A stretch of 64,000 bases of DNA. It comes from Octopus vulgaris. Taxonomy: Eukaryota. Shown one piece after another: positions 63,285 through 64,000 of the stretch. The notes beneath the pieces were generated by a model. That model was not told the origin of the DNA. It worked only from the letters and a program-made list of their open reading frames with translations, and searched no databases. Location of the stretch: positions 17,484,001 to 17,548,000 of the forward strand of contig OX597834.1 of NCBI GenBank assembly GCA_951406725.2, read 5' to 3'. A program made the translations under genes and the position numbers. Within the stretch, counting starts at the first letter, position 1. Each line of letters starts with the position of its first letter.

Positions 63285-63667
63285 GCGTCAAAATCGGGTT
63301 CCTGCAGAGGGTCTGTGGAGTAACCTTACTCGACAGAGTGCATTGCTTGGAGATGAGGGAGTTTCGTCAGCTTGAGCCGCTTACTTCTCCAGGTCACAGC
63401 TCCGGTACAATGAATGTGATTAGAATGGTGCAGGAAAAGATCACAAAGATAAATACTTCAAGCCAAGCCAACCAGTTGGAGGCCTGGTTAGTAGACCAAG
63501 AAGGAGATAGTTGGATAATAAGCCATAGTCTCAGTGGGTCATGCTTGGGAATCCAGCTGGAAAATATAATGACAGTGGCGTCTGATAGGACCCTATGAGG
63601 TTTGTGAGGACTCCACTTCCATGACCCTACAAGCAATTGTGGGTGGAGAAAATGGATGGATGGATAA
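63285..63667 (+). pseudogene. RTE-clade (Rex3/Expander-like) LINE 3' relic
   Basis: RSQLRY..VIRM, SLSGSCLGIQLENIMTVASDRTL, ending gaaaatggatggatggat. Confidence 0.75.
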
Positions 63668-64000
63668 ATAGGAAAGGAGTTTTTCGTGCAGTAATGCATC
63701 TAATATTTAAAGCAACTTCACACATAGGGTCCTGAGTTGGGGGGGCTTTTGTTTTCTTTGAGACATTTTGGTGGGGGAATGTGCATCTTGTATGCTGTCA
63801 AACACGGTAATTTCTCTCTGTTCTTTACAGAGCTTTTAGTCAGATAATCATAGGTCTAATTTTTCTTTTGTCATGTACGTGAGTTAAGTTCCACATAAAA
63901 CCACCACGACCACCACCACATTGCTACCATCACTGTGACAGAAGTCACGACTGCAAATTCAGACAAATATGTAAGGCAAACTTTCATTTCTTGAATGTTC

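Overview
Repeat-saturated, AT-rich eukaryotic DNA, intergenic or deep intronic. The SINE families and dense microsatellites look like an octopus genome (inference from repeat content). I find no host protein-coding exon, rRNA or tRNA gene; nearly all ORF-track entries are microsatellite or SINE read-throughs. The window is a mosaic of three tRNA-derived SINE families (labelled A, B and C here), decayed non-LTR retrotransposon pieces (several RTE-clade, one R4/Dong-like, one Tx1-like), a possible Copia gag relic, TTAA-flanked piggyBac-type and hAT-type MITEs, foldback palindromes and long simple repeats. The main signal is a set of hammerhead-ribozyme motifs in small elements inserted into microsatellites. 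The best is a ~320-bp element in (TAA)n at 11863-12182 with a type I hammerhead, a compensatory U3-A8 core and a long rod-like stem I. Several Penelope-type minimal hammerhead ends also sit in or beside simple-repeat tracts. A second signal is a Tx1-like LINE 3' end inserted in (TCTA)n, whose last 41 nt match the tail of a SINE-B subfamily that forms head-to-tail multimers. All family assignments are by eye and need database confirmation.
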